From Cycloclasticus sp. (lineage in GTDB: Bacteria; Pseudomonadota; Gammaproteobacteria; Methylococcales; Cycloclasticaceae), in contig JBFLJU010000001.1 in NCBI GenBank assembly GCA_040743155.1, positions 1,771,144 to 1,795,143 on the forward strand: a stretch of DNA of 24,000 nt, read 5' to 3'. Under the pieces are notes generated by a model, which was not told where the DNA came from, ran no database searches, and saw only the letters and a program-made list of their open reading frames with translations. Shown piece by piece: positions 8,850-17,976 of this stretch. How positions within the stretch are numbered: the first letter of the stretch is position 1; every line of letters starts with the position of its first letter. The position numbers and the translations under genes are program-made.

Positions 8850-9293
8850 ATGTTTAAACAACCATTCAAAAATAAAAATCTACCGTTGAATGGCTTGCAG
8901 TATATTCAGCAGAATCTAAACCAACAACGACGGCTTCTTCAGGTAGTCCAAGCATGCTTAACCACTGATTTAGCTACACACTGCATACATATTACCGCGA
9001 ATAAAAACAACATTACTCTATTCACTGACTCTTCTGTTTGGGCATCTAAGTTATTGTATTTGCGTCAAACCATTCTAAAGGCTCTCTTTGAGCACTTCGG
9101 AGAACGAGTCCATACTTTAAAGATTAAGGTGTTAGCCAAGCACACGGTAAAAAGCGACCTCTTGCCTAAATCACCATCCGCTAATGCCCTTAGGCTCCTT
9201 TCTGAAGCCAATCAATCCAAGCCAACCGATAGTCTCAGCATCTCTATGAGCAAGCTCATTAAGACACTAAAAAAAAACAAGCTATCTTCTTAA
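8850..9293 (+). CDS. DUF721 domain protein (the family that contains DciA, the ancestral replicative-helicase loader/operator)
   Basis: 147 aa from ATG 8850 (the alternative TTG at 8817 gives 158 aa). The core [66 protein letters not shown] matches the DUF721 pattern as I remember it (lA.H...L.l.vdSsvWAs.L......il..l......i.v), followed by a low-complexity tail. It is the only plus-strand gene inside the minus-strand block. No Shine-Dalgarno sequence is visible. Confidence 0.65.
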   Translation: MFKQPFKNKNLPLNGLQYIQQNLNQQRRLLQVVQACLTTDLATHCIHITANKNNITLFTDSSVWASKLLYLRQTILKALFEHFGERVHTLKIKVLAKHTVKSDLLPKSPSANALRLLSEANQSKPTDSLSISMSKLIKTLKKNKLSS

Positions 9294-10204
9294 ACTGATG
9301 CCGGTAACGGTTCCATATACGAAATAGGAAATTCGTCGTTGTCGTCAAAGGTGACTTCTTCCCAAGCTTCTGGTTGGATTAGTAGCTCTCTCAACAATTT
9401 ATTATTCAATTCATGGCCGGATTTGTGACCATGGAATTCACCGATTAAACTGTGGCCTAATAAATACAAGTCGCCGATAGCATCCAAAATCTTATGTTTT
9501 ACAAATTCATCTTCGTAACGCAGGCCATCTTCGTTCAACACTCTAAAGTCATCGACAACAATTGCGTTATCCATACTACCGCCTAACGCAAGGTTACGTT
9601 GACGCAGCATTTCAATATCTTTCATAAAACCAAAGGTTCTTGCGCGACTAATTTCTTTAACGAAAGAGGTTGAAGAAAAATCAATGGTGGCTTCTTGTAC
9701 CCGAGACTTGAAGACAGGGTGGTCAAACTCAATGCTAAAACCAACTTTAAATCCTTCAAATGGCACAAAGCTTGCCCACTTGTCACCGTCTTCGACGCGA
9801 ACTTCTTTTTTAATGCGGATATAACGTTTTGCAGCATGCTGCTCTTCTATTCCTGCAGATTGCAGTAGAAAAACAAATGGGCCCGCGCTACCGTCCATAA
9901 TCGGCACTTCGGCAGCACTCAAATCAATATAAATATTATCGATGCCTAAACCCGCAATAGCTGACAGCAAGTGTTCTACAGTAGACACCCTGACCCCGCC
10001 TTGAATAAGCGTTGTTGATAGCTGGGTATCTCCCACATTTTCAGCTTTTGCAGGAATAACAACGGGTTCGTCAAAGTCGACCCGACGAAAAACAATACCT
10101 GCATCAATGCCAGCAGGACGTAACGTTAGATAAACCTTTTCGCCACTATGTAAACCAACACCAGTGGCACGAATCACATTTTTCAGCGTTCGTTGTTTAA
10201 TCAT
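9290..10204 (-). CDS. lpxC: UDP-3-O-acyl-N-acetylglucosamine deacetylase
   Basis: 304 aa. The N-terminus [31 protein letters not shown] is near-identical in pattern to E. coli LpxC. Motifs STVEHLLSA and [12 protein letters not shown] are present. A GGGAG Shine-Dalgarno sequence lies 7 nt upstream. It sits downstream of ftsZ, as in dcw clusters. Confidence 0.96.
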   Translation of the reverse strand: MIKQRTLKNVIRATGVGLHSGEKVYLTLRPAGIDAGIVFRRVDFDEPVVIPAKAENVGDTQLSTTLIQGGVRVSTVEHLLSAIAGLGIDNIYIDLSAAEVPIMDGSAGPFVFLLQSAGIEEQHAAKRYIRIKKEVRVEDGDKWASFVPFEGFKVGFSIEFDHPVFKSRVQEATIDFSSTSFVKEISRARTFGFMKDIEMLRQRNLALGGSMDNAIVVDDFRVLNEDGLRYEDEFVKHKILDAIGDLYLLGHSLIGEFHGHKSGHELNNKLLRELLIQPEAWEEVTFDDNDEFPISYMEPLPASV

Positions 10205-10255
10205 TTAAGACTCCCAAGCAGATAACGAATTTATTTTTAGTATTATTTTTTCGGG

Positions 10256-10266
10256 ATATTAACACA
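10256..10266 (-). promoter_or_regulatory. Candidate extended -10 promoter element for lpxC
   Basis: The minus strand reads TGTGTTAATAT, which is TGn + TAATAT (extended -10). It lies about 52 nt upstream of the lpxC ATG in an AT-rich spacer. No good -35 is present. This is a sequence-only guess. Confidence 0.25.
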
Positions 10267-10319
10267 TTTTGCATTTTAACGAAAAAGCAACCACATCTAA
10301 ATAATACCGACTGCCCTTT

Positions 10320-10355
10320 TACCGCCACTAGAAAACACCCTTTCTGGTGGCGGTA
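10320..10355. other. 15-bp stem / 6-nt loop hairpin in the ftsZ-lpxC spacer (possible attenuator, processing site or antisense terminator)
   Basis: TACCGCCACTAGAAA-acaccc-TTTCTGGTGGCGGTA has 14 Watson-Crick pairs plus one T/G position (10329/10346). It starts 13 nt past the ftsZ stop. On the minus (ftsZ) transcript it carries an A.C mismatch and is followed by AAAAGGG, with no U-tract. On the plus transcript the odd pair is a G.U wobble, and the stem is preceded by UUUU and followed by UUGAUU. Confidence 0.4.
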
Positions 10356-10367
10356 TTGATTAGCAGA

Positions 10368-11531
10368 CTAGTCCGCTTGTCTTCTTAAAAATGCGGGTAT
10401 ATCTAGGTATGACGGATCTAATGTATTATCTAAGCTAGCTGTTTTTTGTGACGCAACAGCAGATTTTTTGTCGCGCATAATCGTCGGAATATCAAGGTCT
10501 TCTTCATTTAGTTCGGCCACTTTAATTGGCTCTCTTTTCACTTGAACAATCGGCGTTGGTTCAACCGCAGCAACTTTCCCGCCTAAACCTGTCGCAACCA
10601 CTGTTACGCGCATTTCATCTGATAAATCCGGATCAATAACCGTGCCGACAACTACATTTGCATCGTCTGAAGCAAAGTCTCTAATTGCCTGACCCACTTC
10701 TTCAAACTCACCAATAGACATATCTAGACCGGCCGTAATATTAACCAAGATACCACGAGCACCTTGTACATTAATATCTTCTAACAATGGACTATGAATC
10801 GCAGCTTCCGCTGCATCTCGGGCTCTTGACTCGCCGCTAGCCGTACCAGTACCCATCATCGCATCACCCATCTCTGACATTACCGTCCTAACATCGGCGA
10901 AATCGACGTTGATCAAGCCTGGGCAAGTAATCAATTCTGCAATGCCCTGAACTGCGCCGAGCAACACGTCATTGGCTGCTTTAAACGCGTTGAGCAAGCT
11001 CATTTCTTTACCCAATACGTGCAACAGCTTTTCATTTGGAATCGTTATCAACGAATCAACATGTAGCGCCAACTCCTCAATCCCATTTTCCGCTAATAGC
11101 ATTCTTTTCTTGCCTTCGAACGGGAATGGTTTAGTAACAACGGCCACCGTTAAAATGCCCATTTCTTTTGCTATTTCAGCGACTATCGGCGCCGCACCTG
11201 TGCCCGTTCCACCGCCCATACCGGCTGTGATAAACACCATATCTGAGCCTGCGATCACTTCTTGTATTCGCTCTCTATCTTCAATTGCTGCTTGACGCCC
11301 CACTTCTGGGTTAGCACCTGCGCCCAGACCCTTTGTGCTGTTATGCCCTAACTGCAAAACAGTTTTGACCGGCGTGTTTTTTAGTGCTTGTGCATCGGTG
11401 TTCGCACAGATGAACTCAACCCCATCTATTTCGCTACTCACCATATGGTTAACGGCATTGCCACCTCCACCGCCAACGCCAATTACTTTAATTACCGCAT
11501 TTTGTGTGTGTGCATCCATTAATTCGAACAT
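10368..11531 (-). CDS. ftsZ: Cell division GTPase FtsZ
   Basis: 387 aa. Motifs are [13 protein letters not shown], the tubulin signature [18 protein letters not shown] and the conserved C-terminal peptide [11 protein letters not shown]. An AGGGGA Shine-Dalgarno sequence lies upstream. Confidence 0.98.
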   Translation of the reverse strand: MFELMDAHTQNAVIKVIGVGGGGGNAVNHMVSSEIDGVEFICANTDAQALKNTPVKTVLQLGHNSTKGLGAGANPEVGRQAAIEDRERIQEVIAGSDMVFITAGMGGGTGTGAAPIVAEIAKEMGILTVAVVTKPFPFEGKKRMLLAENGIEELALHVDSLITIPNEKLLHVLGKEMSLLNAFKAANDVLLGAVQGIAELITCPGLINVDFADVRTVMSEMGDAMMGTGTASGESRARDAAEAAIHSPLLEDINVQGARGILVNITAGLDMSIGEFEEVGQAIRDFASDDANVVVGTVIDPDLSDEMRVTVVATGLGGKVAAVEPTPIVQVKREPIKVAELNEEDLDIPTIMRDKKSAVASQKTASLDNTLDPSYLDIPAFLRRQAD

Positions 11532-11584
11532 GTTATTCCCCTATATTGTTTGTCTATTACTTAAATCTTAATAAATTCTTAACG

Positions 11585-12814
11585 TTAAAAATTACCCTGA
11601 AACCAGCTTTTCATTTTTTCCCACATCGCTTCAAAACCATTCTTCATTTCGCTACTACTTGCCACAGTATTTTGCTGGCCAAATAACAACAAGCCCACAC
11701 CCGTGGCATAAATTGGGTTTCGCACCACGTCACTCAAGCCAGACACATACTGTGGATAACCCAAACGAACTGGCATATGAAATACCTCTTCTGCCAGCTC
11801 AACCAAACCTTCAACTTTTGCACTACCGCCCGTCAATACGATGCCTGCGGCAACAATATCTTCATAACCCGAGCGCCTTAGCTCGGCTTGCACTAACATC
11901 ATGAGTTCTTCATAACGTGGCTCAATTATTTCTGCCAAATTACCGCGTGATATTTTTCGCGTTGGACGGTCACCAATACTTGGCACATCGATCATTTCAT
12001 CATCTTGCACCAGCTGAGTCAGCGCACAGGCGTACTTCAACTTAATTTCATCTGCGTGTTGTGTCGGCGTCCGAAGCGCCACGGCAATATCATTGGTCAC
12101 TTGATCACCGGCAATTGGGATCACTGCGGTATGGCGTATAAACCCATCGCAAAATACGGCGATGTCTGTGGTTCCACCGCCAATATCAACCAAGCAAACA
12201 CCCAACTCTTTCTCATCATCTGTTAACACAGAACTGCTCGATGCTAATTGCTCCAAAATAATATCGTCTACTTCCAAGCCGCAGCGACGCACACACTTAA
12301 TAATGTTCTGAGCCGCACTAACCGCACCGGTCACGATATGCACTTTTGCCTCAAGTCTAATACCAGCCATTCCCACTGGTTCTTTGATCCCTTCTTGCCC
12401 ATCAATAATGAATTCTTGCGGCATAATATGCAGTATTTTTTGATCCGCAGGAATAACCACCGCCCTAGCAGCATCAATCACCCGCTCAATATCCGACTGA
12501 ATCACTTCACTTTCTTTAATTCCGACAACACCGCTGGAGTTCAAGCTGCTGATATGACTCCCAGCAATACCAACAAATACGGAGTTAATTTGGCAACCCG
12601 CCATCAACTCAGCTTCTTCAATAGCGCGCTGGATCGAATGCACGGTAGACTCGAGATTGACCACGACGCCTTTTTTCAATCCTCGTGAACTGTTAGTCCC
12701 AATACCAATCACATCAATCGTGCCATCCGGCGTTATTTCGCCGACAATCGCCGCTACCTTCGATGTTCCGATATCTAAACCAACAATTAAATTTTTATCA
12801 CTATTTTTCTTCAT
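11585..12814 (-). CDS. ftsA: Cell division protein FtsA (actin-like ATPase)
   Basis: 409 aa. Motifs are GLDIGTSKVAAIVGE and DIGGGTTDIAVF, with the C-terminal amphipathic membrane-targeting helix MWEKMKSWFQGNF. It lies between ftsQ and ftsZ. Confidence 0.97.
   Translation of the reverse strand: MKKNSDKNLIVGLDIGTSKVAAIVGEITPDGTIDVIGIGTNSSRGLKKGVVVNLESTVHSIQRAIEEAELMAGCQINSVFVGIAGSHISSLNSSGVVGIKESEVIQSDIERVIDAARAVVIPADQKILHIMPQEFIIDGQEGIKEPVGMAGIRLEAKVHIVTGAVSAAQNIIKCVRRCGLEVDDIILEQLASSSSVLTDDEKELGVCLVDIGGGTTDIAVFCDGFIRHTAVIPIAGDQVTNDIAVALRTPTQHADEIKLKYACALTQLVQDDEMIDVPSIGDRPTRKISRGNLAEIIEPRYEELMMLVQAELRRSGYEDIVAAGIVLTGGSAKVEGLVELAEEVFHMPVRLGYPQYVSGLSDVVRNPIYATGVGLLLFGQQNTVASSSEMKNGFEAMWEKMKSWFQGNF
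11751..11759 (-). promoter_or_regulatory. Perfect consensus DnaA box (TTATCCACA) inside the 3' part of ftsA
   Basis: The plus strand reads tgtggataa, which is TTATCCACA on the minus strand. It encodes GYPQ of FtsA and lies about 220 nt upstream of the ftsZ ATG. It is a single site, so function is unproven. Confidence 0.25.
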
Positions 12815-12819
12815 CGTTC

Positions 12820-13611
12820 CTAGCCTTTATTTGGCCAATCCTTGTTCATTGCTATAACCGCTGTTTTCACACCCAATTCATTAAACTCATACCCGCTTCT
12901 CCAGGTCACGGCCATGCCATTTGGGTAACGCAAATCTATCAACTCAATGTGCTCTATCAAGTCGCCGTCAAGTGATGCTAAAAGCATTAACGATTTACTT
13001 ATTTTTTGATCGGGTCGTTGATTGCCTGCTTTAATCTTTACGCCGTTACTCATCACTGCCGACCAACTGCCATGTTCCGCTAAAGCAAGCCGTTTAATTG
13101 AAACGCCGATACTCTCGATAGAGCGGTCTATTTTTTCTTGTTCTGCCAGTAGTTTTTTACTGTCGCTAGTAATGCCTGATAAATGAGGCAGCTTTAGTAA
13201 CGCGGCATCAAACACGGGTTGAAACACCTCACCTTGTGGGTTCAATAACGCCGTTTCATTCCACACTGCGACTGGCTGCTGCTCTTGCAAAGACAACACC
13301 ATCATATCCGGCCAAACACGTCTTACGCGTGCTTTTTCCACCCACTCTATTGCGGTTACATTTTTAATAATGGCATCAGCGTCCATTGCAAAATACCCCG
13401 TCTGCACCAACTGGGATAACGACTGTGATATTTCATCATGCGTTATATAATTCAACGCACCTTCAATACGCACGTGTTTAATCGGCATCGTGGTGGGTTT
13501 TTCTAACCACGCCATTAACTGCCAGCAAGCACATGCCACCAGTAGCAACAGAAAAGCACTTTTTACCCACGGTCTTGAGTGCTCAATGAAGATGCTGCTC
13601 AGGTCTTTCAT
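12820..13611 (-). CDS. ftsQ: Cell division protein FtsQ
   Basis: 263 aa. It has a single N-terminal TM (AFLLLLVACACWQLMAW) followed by a POTRA-like segment (IKHVRIEGALNYITHDEI). The ATG overlaps the ddl stop (ATGA). It occupies the canonical ddl-ftsQ-ftsA position. Confidence 0.9.
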   Translation of the reverse strand: MKDLSSIFIEHSRPWVKSAFLLLLVACACWQLMAWLEKPTTMPIKHVRIEGALNYITHDEISQSLSQLVQTGYFAMDADAIIKNVTAIEWVEKARVRRVWPDMMVLSLQEQQPVAVWNETALLNPQGEVFQPVFDAALLKLPHLSGITSDSKKLLAEQEKIDRSIESIGVSIKRLALAEHGSWSAVMSNGVKIKAGNQRPDQKISKSLMLLASLDGDLIEHIELIDLRYPNGMAVTWRSGYEFNELGVKTAVIAMNKDWPNKG

Positions 13612-14552
13612 TTCAGCACCGCCATGTTATCAAAACTGGTCTCTAAAATACCCCAAACCAATGCATTAAAATCGATACCCGCTTGCTTTGCAGCCATTGG
13701 CACCAAGCTATGATCAGTCATCCCCGGCACAGTGTTTATTTCCAGTAATTGCGGCACGCCCATTTGATCCAACATGAAGTCGACCCTACCCCAACCACTA
13801 CCGCCTAATATTTTGAATGCTTTAATCGACAAGTCTTGCAATGCACGCTCTTGCTCAGCATCTAAACCACAAGGGCAATGGTATTGTGTGGTATTTACCT
13901 CGTATTTTGCTGCGTAGTCATAAAAATCATTCGGCGTTTCTAAACGGATCATTGGTAACGCGCTATCACCTAAAATCGCAACCGTATACTCGTCACCTTC
14001 GACCCATTGTTCGGCCATCACCTCGCAAGCAAATGTTGACGCCTGTTTGTACGCTTTGTGTAATTGCTCAATATTTTCAGCTTTGGCCATCCCCAAACTA
14101 GAACCTTCTAGCGCTGGCTTAACCATCACAGGGAAAGCGAGCTTTTGTACGCATCGCTCTACATCTGCTTCTGATGTTAGCTCCATCCACGCTGGCGTTG
14201 GTATACCCGCACCCAACCAGCAAAGTTTCGTTCTTAACTTGTCCATTCCTAGCGCCGAGCCCAACACACCGCTTCCCGTGTATGGAATATCGAGTAATTC
14301 CAGCGCACCTTGCAATTGGCCATCTTCACCACCGCGCCCATGCACGATATTGAAAACGCGATCTATACGCATTTCTTTCAACTCACTTAGGGACGAAGTT
14401 TGCAAATCAAACTTAACCGCATCCACACCCTGAGCTTGTAAAGCCGTCAACACAGCCTGCCCACTCAATAGGGAAATTTCTCGTTCGGCTGCGTTGCCGC
14501 CCATAAGCACTGCTACTTTGCCAAATTGATTGGCTGATTGCACGGTACTCAT
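13608..14552 (-). CDS. ddl: D-alanine--D-alanine ligase
   Basis: 314 aa. It has VAVLMGGNAAEREISLLSG and an ATP-grasp C-terminal half (EINTVPGMTDHSLVPMAA). A GAGGAG Shine-Dalgarno sequence lies 8 nt upstream. There is an ATGA overlap with the murB stop. Confidence 0.95.
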   Translation of the reverse strand: MSTVQSANQFGKVAVLMGGNAAEREISLLSGQAVLTALQAQGVDAVKFDLQTSSLSELKEMRIDRVFNIVHGRGGEDGQLQGALELLDIPYTGSGVLGSALGMDKLRTKLCWLGAGIPTPAWMELTSEADVERCVQKLAFPVMVKPALEGSSLGMAKAENIEQLHKAYKQASTFACEVMAEQWVEGDEYTVAILGDSALPMIRLETPNDFYDYAAKYEVNTTQYHCPCGLDAEQERALQDLSIKAFKILGGSGWGRVDFMLDQMGVPQLLEINTVPGMTDHSLVPMAAKQAGIDFNALVWGILETSFDNMAVLK

Positions 14553-15457
14553 TGCGTCAACTCCTCACCAATAATGCGCACCTCTGTTGCCAATAAAACA
14601 CCCTGTTTTTCCTGCACCTGATCTCTGACATAGTTAATCAGGCTTTCAATATCTTTAGCCGTTGCGTTACCGGTGTTTAATATAAAATTCGAGTGTTTCT
14701 CAGATACCTGTGCGCCGCCTATTGCATAGCCTTTCAAACCCGTCGCTTCAACTAAACGTGCTGCATGATCACCTGGCGGGTTTTTAAAAACCGAACCACC
14801 ACTGGGGATATTAGTTGGTTGTGTTTGCGAACGTTTTGCCAGTAATTGACGAATTTTACCTCTGCTTTCTTCATTACCGCCGCTTGGAATATCTAAATAA
14901 CACGCAACAAACCATTCATCCTCTGCAACGGACACTGAACGATAACCCACCTCAAATTCATTCGATTGGCGTTCGGTCAAGTCACCTTGACGATTCATCA
15001 TGATCACCTTGTTAACCAAATTCCACGTTTCACCACCAAACGCACCTGCATTCATCGCCAATGCACCACCCATAGTACCGGGAATACCCGCTAAAAATTC
15101 AGCTCCCGACAGGCCTTTCTCAGCAGCTAATTTGGCCACTAAAGCACACGGCACACCCGCATCAACCTTCAGCATTCCGTCGGTCGTTTCTTGCATCTGT
15201 TTTAAACAACCGCGTGTGTAAATAACAGAGCCACGCACGCCACCATCACGAATCAATACATTACTGCCCAACCCCAACCAAAGAACAGGCTCATCAGTGG
15301 GACGTGATTGCAGGTAACGCTGGGTATCTTCAATGTTGCTTGGCTTATAAAAATTATCCGCCGGACCACCCACGCGCCATGATGTATAACGAGCTAAAAG
15401 CTCACTTTTCATCAATTGTCCCGTTAGTTGGTTCGTCGTTTTCATCATCGCTTGCAT
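14549..15457 (-). CDS. murB: UDP-N-acetylenolpyruvoylglucosamine reductase
   Basis: 302 aa. FAD-binding domain motifs are YTSWRVGGPAD and LGLGSNVL, and the C-terminal motif is PSGGSVFKNP. An AAGGAA Shine-Dalgarno sequence lies upstream of ATG 15457. In-frame ATGs at 15448 and 15445 are possible alternative starts. Confidence 0.92.
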   Translation of the reverse strand: MQAMMKTTNQLTGQLMKSELLARYTSWRVGGPADNFYKPSNIEDTQRYLQSRPTDEPVLWLGLGSNVLIRDGGVRGSVIYTRGCLKQMQETTDGMLKVDAGVPCALVAKLAAEKGLSGAEFLAGIPGTMGGALAMNAGAFGGETWNLVNKVIMMNRQGDLTERQSNEFEVGYRSVSVAEDEWFVACYLDIPSGGNEESRGKIRQLLAKRSQTQPTNIPSGGSVFKNPPGDHAARLVEATGLKGYAIGGAQVSEKHSNFILNTGNATAKDIESLINYVRDQVQEKQGVLLATEVRIIGEELTQ

Positions 15458-15463
15458 TATTCC

Positions 15464-16918
15464 TTAAGTCGCTTCTTTAGAATTAAGCATGCTATTTAAC
15501 TGCACTTCTAATGTTGCTGATGCCGCGCCTATATCACCCGCACCTGACGTCATCACAATGTCACCCGCTTGCAATACGTCTTTTAAAATATTCGCTAATT
15601 GATCAATCTCTCTGACAAAAATAGGGATTAATTTTCCGCGCTGGCGAATCGCTTTACTCAGTGCCGGCCCGTCTGAGCCAATGATTGGTTTTTCACCTGC
15701 AGCAAACACATCGAGCAACACCAACACATCTACTTTGTTTAACACCTCTACGAAGTCTTCAAATAAATCGTGTGTTCGTGAATAACGGTGCGGCTGAAAA
15801 GCCAACACCAAGCGCCTTTCTGGCCAACCCTCACGGATCGCGTCAATTGTTGCCATCACTTCACGTGGATGATGCCCATAATCATCGAGCAGTAAAGCAG
15901 AGCCATTAGGTAAGTTTATTTCACCATTAACTTGGAAACGACGGCCCACTCCTTTGAATTGATTAAGACCCGCGGCAATCGCTTCGTCAGACACGCCTAA
16001 TTCACTAGCTACAGCAATGGCAGCCAAGGCATTCAGCACATTGTGTCTACCCGGCATATTCAACGTTAACGGCAACAACTCAGTTTGCCCTAAGCGCTTC
16101 AAATTAAAGTGCGTACGAAAACCTTCCTGCTGCACATCAAGCGCTTGAAAGTCAGCCGCTTGTTCAATACCGTAACTTAAAATCGGCTTACCAATTGAAG
16201 GGGATAGTTCTCGAATGTTCTCATCATCAACACACATCACCGCTAAGCCATAAAACGGTAACTGGTGTAAAAATGACTTAAAAGCATCTTTAACTTGCTG
16301 AAAGTCGCCACCATAGGTACTCATGTGGTCTTCATCGATATTCGTCACCACCGCGATCATCGGCTGAAGGTGCAAAAAGGACGCATCACTTTCATCGGCT
16401 TCCGCCACCAAATAATGGCTTTCGCCCAATTTCGCATTAGTGCCTGCGCTATTTAGTAATCCGCCAATCACAAAGGTAGGGTCTAGCTGTCCCTCTGTCA
16501 TCAGTACGGCTAATAAACTGGTGGTGGTGGTTTTACCGTGTGTACCCGCAATCGCAATGCCGAACCTGAAGCGCATCAGTTCAGCCAACATTTCTGCGCG
16601 TGGAATAACCGGTATACGTTGTTCATTCGCCGCCGCAACTTCTACGTTGTCTTTTTGAACGGCAGTGGAAGTGACCACAACATCACAGCCTTTTATATTT
16701 TCCGCAGTATGGCCGATATAAACACTCGCGCCTTGAGCTACAAGGCGTTGCGTCACCTTACTCTCGCGAATATCTGAGCCCGACACGTCGTATCCAAGAT
16801 TGATGAGCACTTCAGCAATACCGCTCATGCCAGCACCGCCAATACCGATAAAATGAATACGCTTCAACTTACCAAAGCCCAAGTGAGCCGAATAATGCTT
16901 ATGTGTGTCCGGCATCAT
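15464..16918 (-). CDS. murC: UDP-N-acetylmuramate--L-alanine ligase
   Basis: Motifs are [14 protein letters not shown] and the Mur-ligase P-loop [12 protein letters not shown]. The ORF-track start at 16936 is a TTG. I prefer ATG 16918, which is preceded by GGAGGTGG and forms an ATGA overlap with the murG stop. This gives 484 aa. Confidence 0.94.
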   Translation of the reverse strand: MMPDTHKHYSAHLGFGKLKRIHFIGIGGAGMSGIAEVLINLGYDVSGSDIRESKVTQRLVAQGASVYIGHTAENIKGCDVVVTSTAVQKDNVEVAAANEQRIPVIPRAEMLAELMRFRFGIAIAGTHGKTTTTSLLAVLMTEGQLDPTFVIGGLLNSAGTNAKLGESHYLVAEADESDASFLHLQPMIAVVTNIDEDHMSTYGGDFQQVKDAFKSFLHQLPFYGLAVMCVDDENIRELSPSIGKPILSYGIEQAADFQALDVQQEGFRTHFNLKRLGQTELLPLTLNMPGRHNVLNALAAIAVASELGVSDEAIAAGLNQFKGVGRRFQVNGEINLPNGSALLLDDYGHHPREVMATIDAIREGWPERRLVLAFQPHRYSRTHDLFEDFVEVLNKVDVLVLLDVFAAGEKPIIGSDGPALSKAIRQRGKLIPIFVREIDQLANILKDVLQAGDIVMTSGAGDIGAASATLEVQLNSMLNSKEAT

Positions 16919-17976
16919 AGCGCCACCTCCAAACAAACGTTTGCGACAAGTTTTGTTGCCTCTGGCTTAGCCAATGATCGTGCAGTCGAGCCCATTTTAG
17001 TTAACCTACTTTTATTAGATAACAGGCTTTTTAATGTTTCGCATAAAGCCTGAGACGTAAACGATGGCTGAGGCATTAATACCGCCGCCCCTGCATCGGC
17101 AAGATACGCCGCATTTTTTGTTTGATGATCATCAATCGCGTGAGGAAGCGGCACCAAAATAGAAGGCAAACCCATGATGGCTAATTCTGAAACCGTCATC
17201 GCACCTGCTCTGCAAATCACTATATCGGCCCATTGGTAAGCCTGATTCATGTCATTTATAAATGAACGGACATCAGCATTTACATCGGCCAATTTATATT
17301 GCTCCTTAGCTGTTTCAATCGTCGTCTTACCGGCTTGATGAATAACGTTTAAATCCAGCCCTTCTTGCAAACCTTTAAGTGCATTTGGTACAACCTCATT
17401 TAATATCGACGCGCCTAAACTGCCACCGACCACTAGCACATTCGTCCCTTTCTTTGTTTGACCTTCTACCTGCTCAAGTAATGCTTTTCTGACGGGGTTA
17501 CCTGTAAAAACAGCCTTAACTTTTTCATCAAAACTATTAGGAAATGCTTCCAACACGCGCTTAGCGAAGCCTTTTAACAAGCGATTTGTCGTGCCGGGCA
17601 CACGATTTTGCTCGTGAATAACCAAGGGCCTGCCATGCAACCAACTCATTAAACCACCCGGCCCTGACGCAAAACCACCCAGCCCCAATACCACATCGGG
17701 CTGACGTTGACGGATAATGACCGACGCCTGATAGCAAGCCTTTAACAACATAAGTGGTGCCAACAATAAACTAATGGCACCTTTGCCTCGCAAGCCCGAG
17801 ACACTTAACCAATCAATAGCGATACCGGCTTCTGGCACGACTCGCGCTTCAATACCTTTTTTGGTACCCAACCAGCTGACCTGATGTCCAGCCTCAAGCA
17901 AATAATTAGCGACCGCTAACGCTGGAAACACGTGCCCGCCCGTGCCACCAGCCATGATCATCACGCGTATTGCCAT
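16915..17976 (-). CDS. murG: UDP-N-acetylglucosamine--N-acetylmuramyl-(pentapeptide) pyrophosphoryl-undecaprenol GlcNAc transferase
   Basis: [23 protein letters not shown] matches the MurG N-terminus. I prefer ATG 17976, which is preceded by GGGAGG, gives 353 aa and overlaps the ftsW 3' end by 16 nt. The longer track ORF starting at 18057 is unlikely. Confidence 0.94.
   Translation of the reverse strand: MAIRVMIMAGGTGGHVFPALAVANYLLEAGHQVSWLGTKKGIEARVVPEAGIAIDWLSVSGLRGKGAISLLLAPLMLLKACYQASVIIRQRQPDVVLGLGGFASGPGGLMSWLHGRPLVIHEQNRVPGTTNRLLKGFAKRVLEAFPNSFDEKVKAVFTGNPVRKALLEQVEGQTKKGTNVLVVGGSLGASILNEVVPNALKGLQEGLDLNVIHQAGKTTIETAKEQYKLADVNADVRSFINDMNQAYQWADIVICRAGAMTVSELAIMGLPSILVPLPHAIDDHQTKNAAYLADAGAAVLMPQPSFTSQALCETLKSLLSNKSRLTKMGSTARSLAKPEATKLVANVCLEVAL

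Noticed and set aside
9269-9277. An A9 homopolymer run near the 3' end of the DUF721 gene, considered as a possible slippage or phase-variation tract.
   Set aside because: It encodes the lysine-rich tail (KKNK) only ~6 codons from the stop, so a frameshift would barely change the protein. There is no evidence of phase variation.
10197-10274. A 25-codon minus-strand ORF ([25 protein letters not shown]) in the lpxC leader, whose stop overlaps lpxC codons 2-3.
   Set aside because: It has no Shine-Dalgarno sequence. Its ATG lies upstream of the only plausible lpxC -10 element (10256-10261), so it would not be on the lpxC-promoter transcript. It sits in an AT-rich spacer and I can assess no conservation. 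It is weaker than the secA upstream ORF case.
12248-12688. A 146-aa plus-strand ORF antisense to ftsA. The track also lists similar antisense ORFs at 24-245, 882-1085, 1829-2113, 4439-4693, 6624-6806, 6870-7154, 7054-7266, 7306-7605, 7524-7781, 9622-9837, 10972-11295, 11335-11571, 11504-11686, 11659-11904, 12005-12226, 12657-12857, 12763-12975, 13841-14101, 14047-14433, 14815-15003, 15000-15221, 15685-15909, 16440-16658, 16538-16777, 16853-17053, 18799-18990, 22669-22986 and 23160-23468.
   Set aside because: Each lies wholly or mostly inside a strongly supported conserved gene, either on the opposite strand or in another frame. Their translations are low-complexity (S/T/P/A/L-rich) with no recognisable motifs. 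They are the shadow ORFs expected opposite long coding regions.
17945-17952. The E. coli-type Chi octamer (GCTGGTGG on the minus strand).
   Set aside because: It simply encodes the conserved AGGTGG of the MurG glycine-rich motif. Chi sequences are species-specific, and a single occurrence is uninformative.
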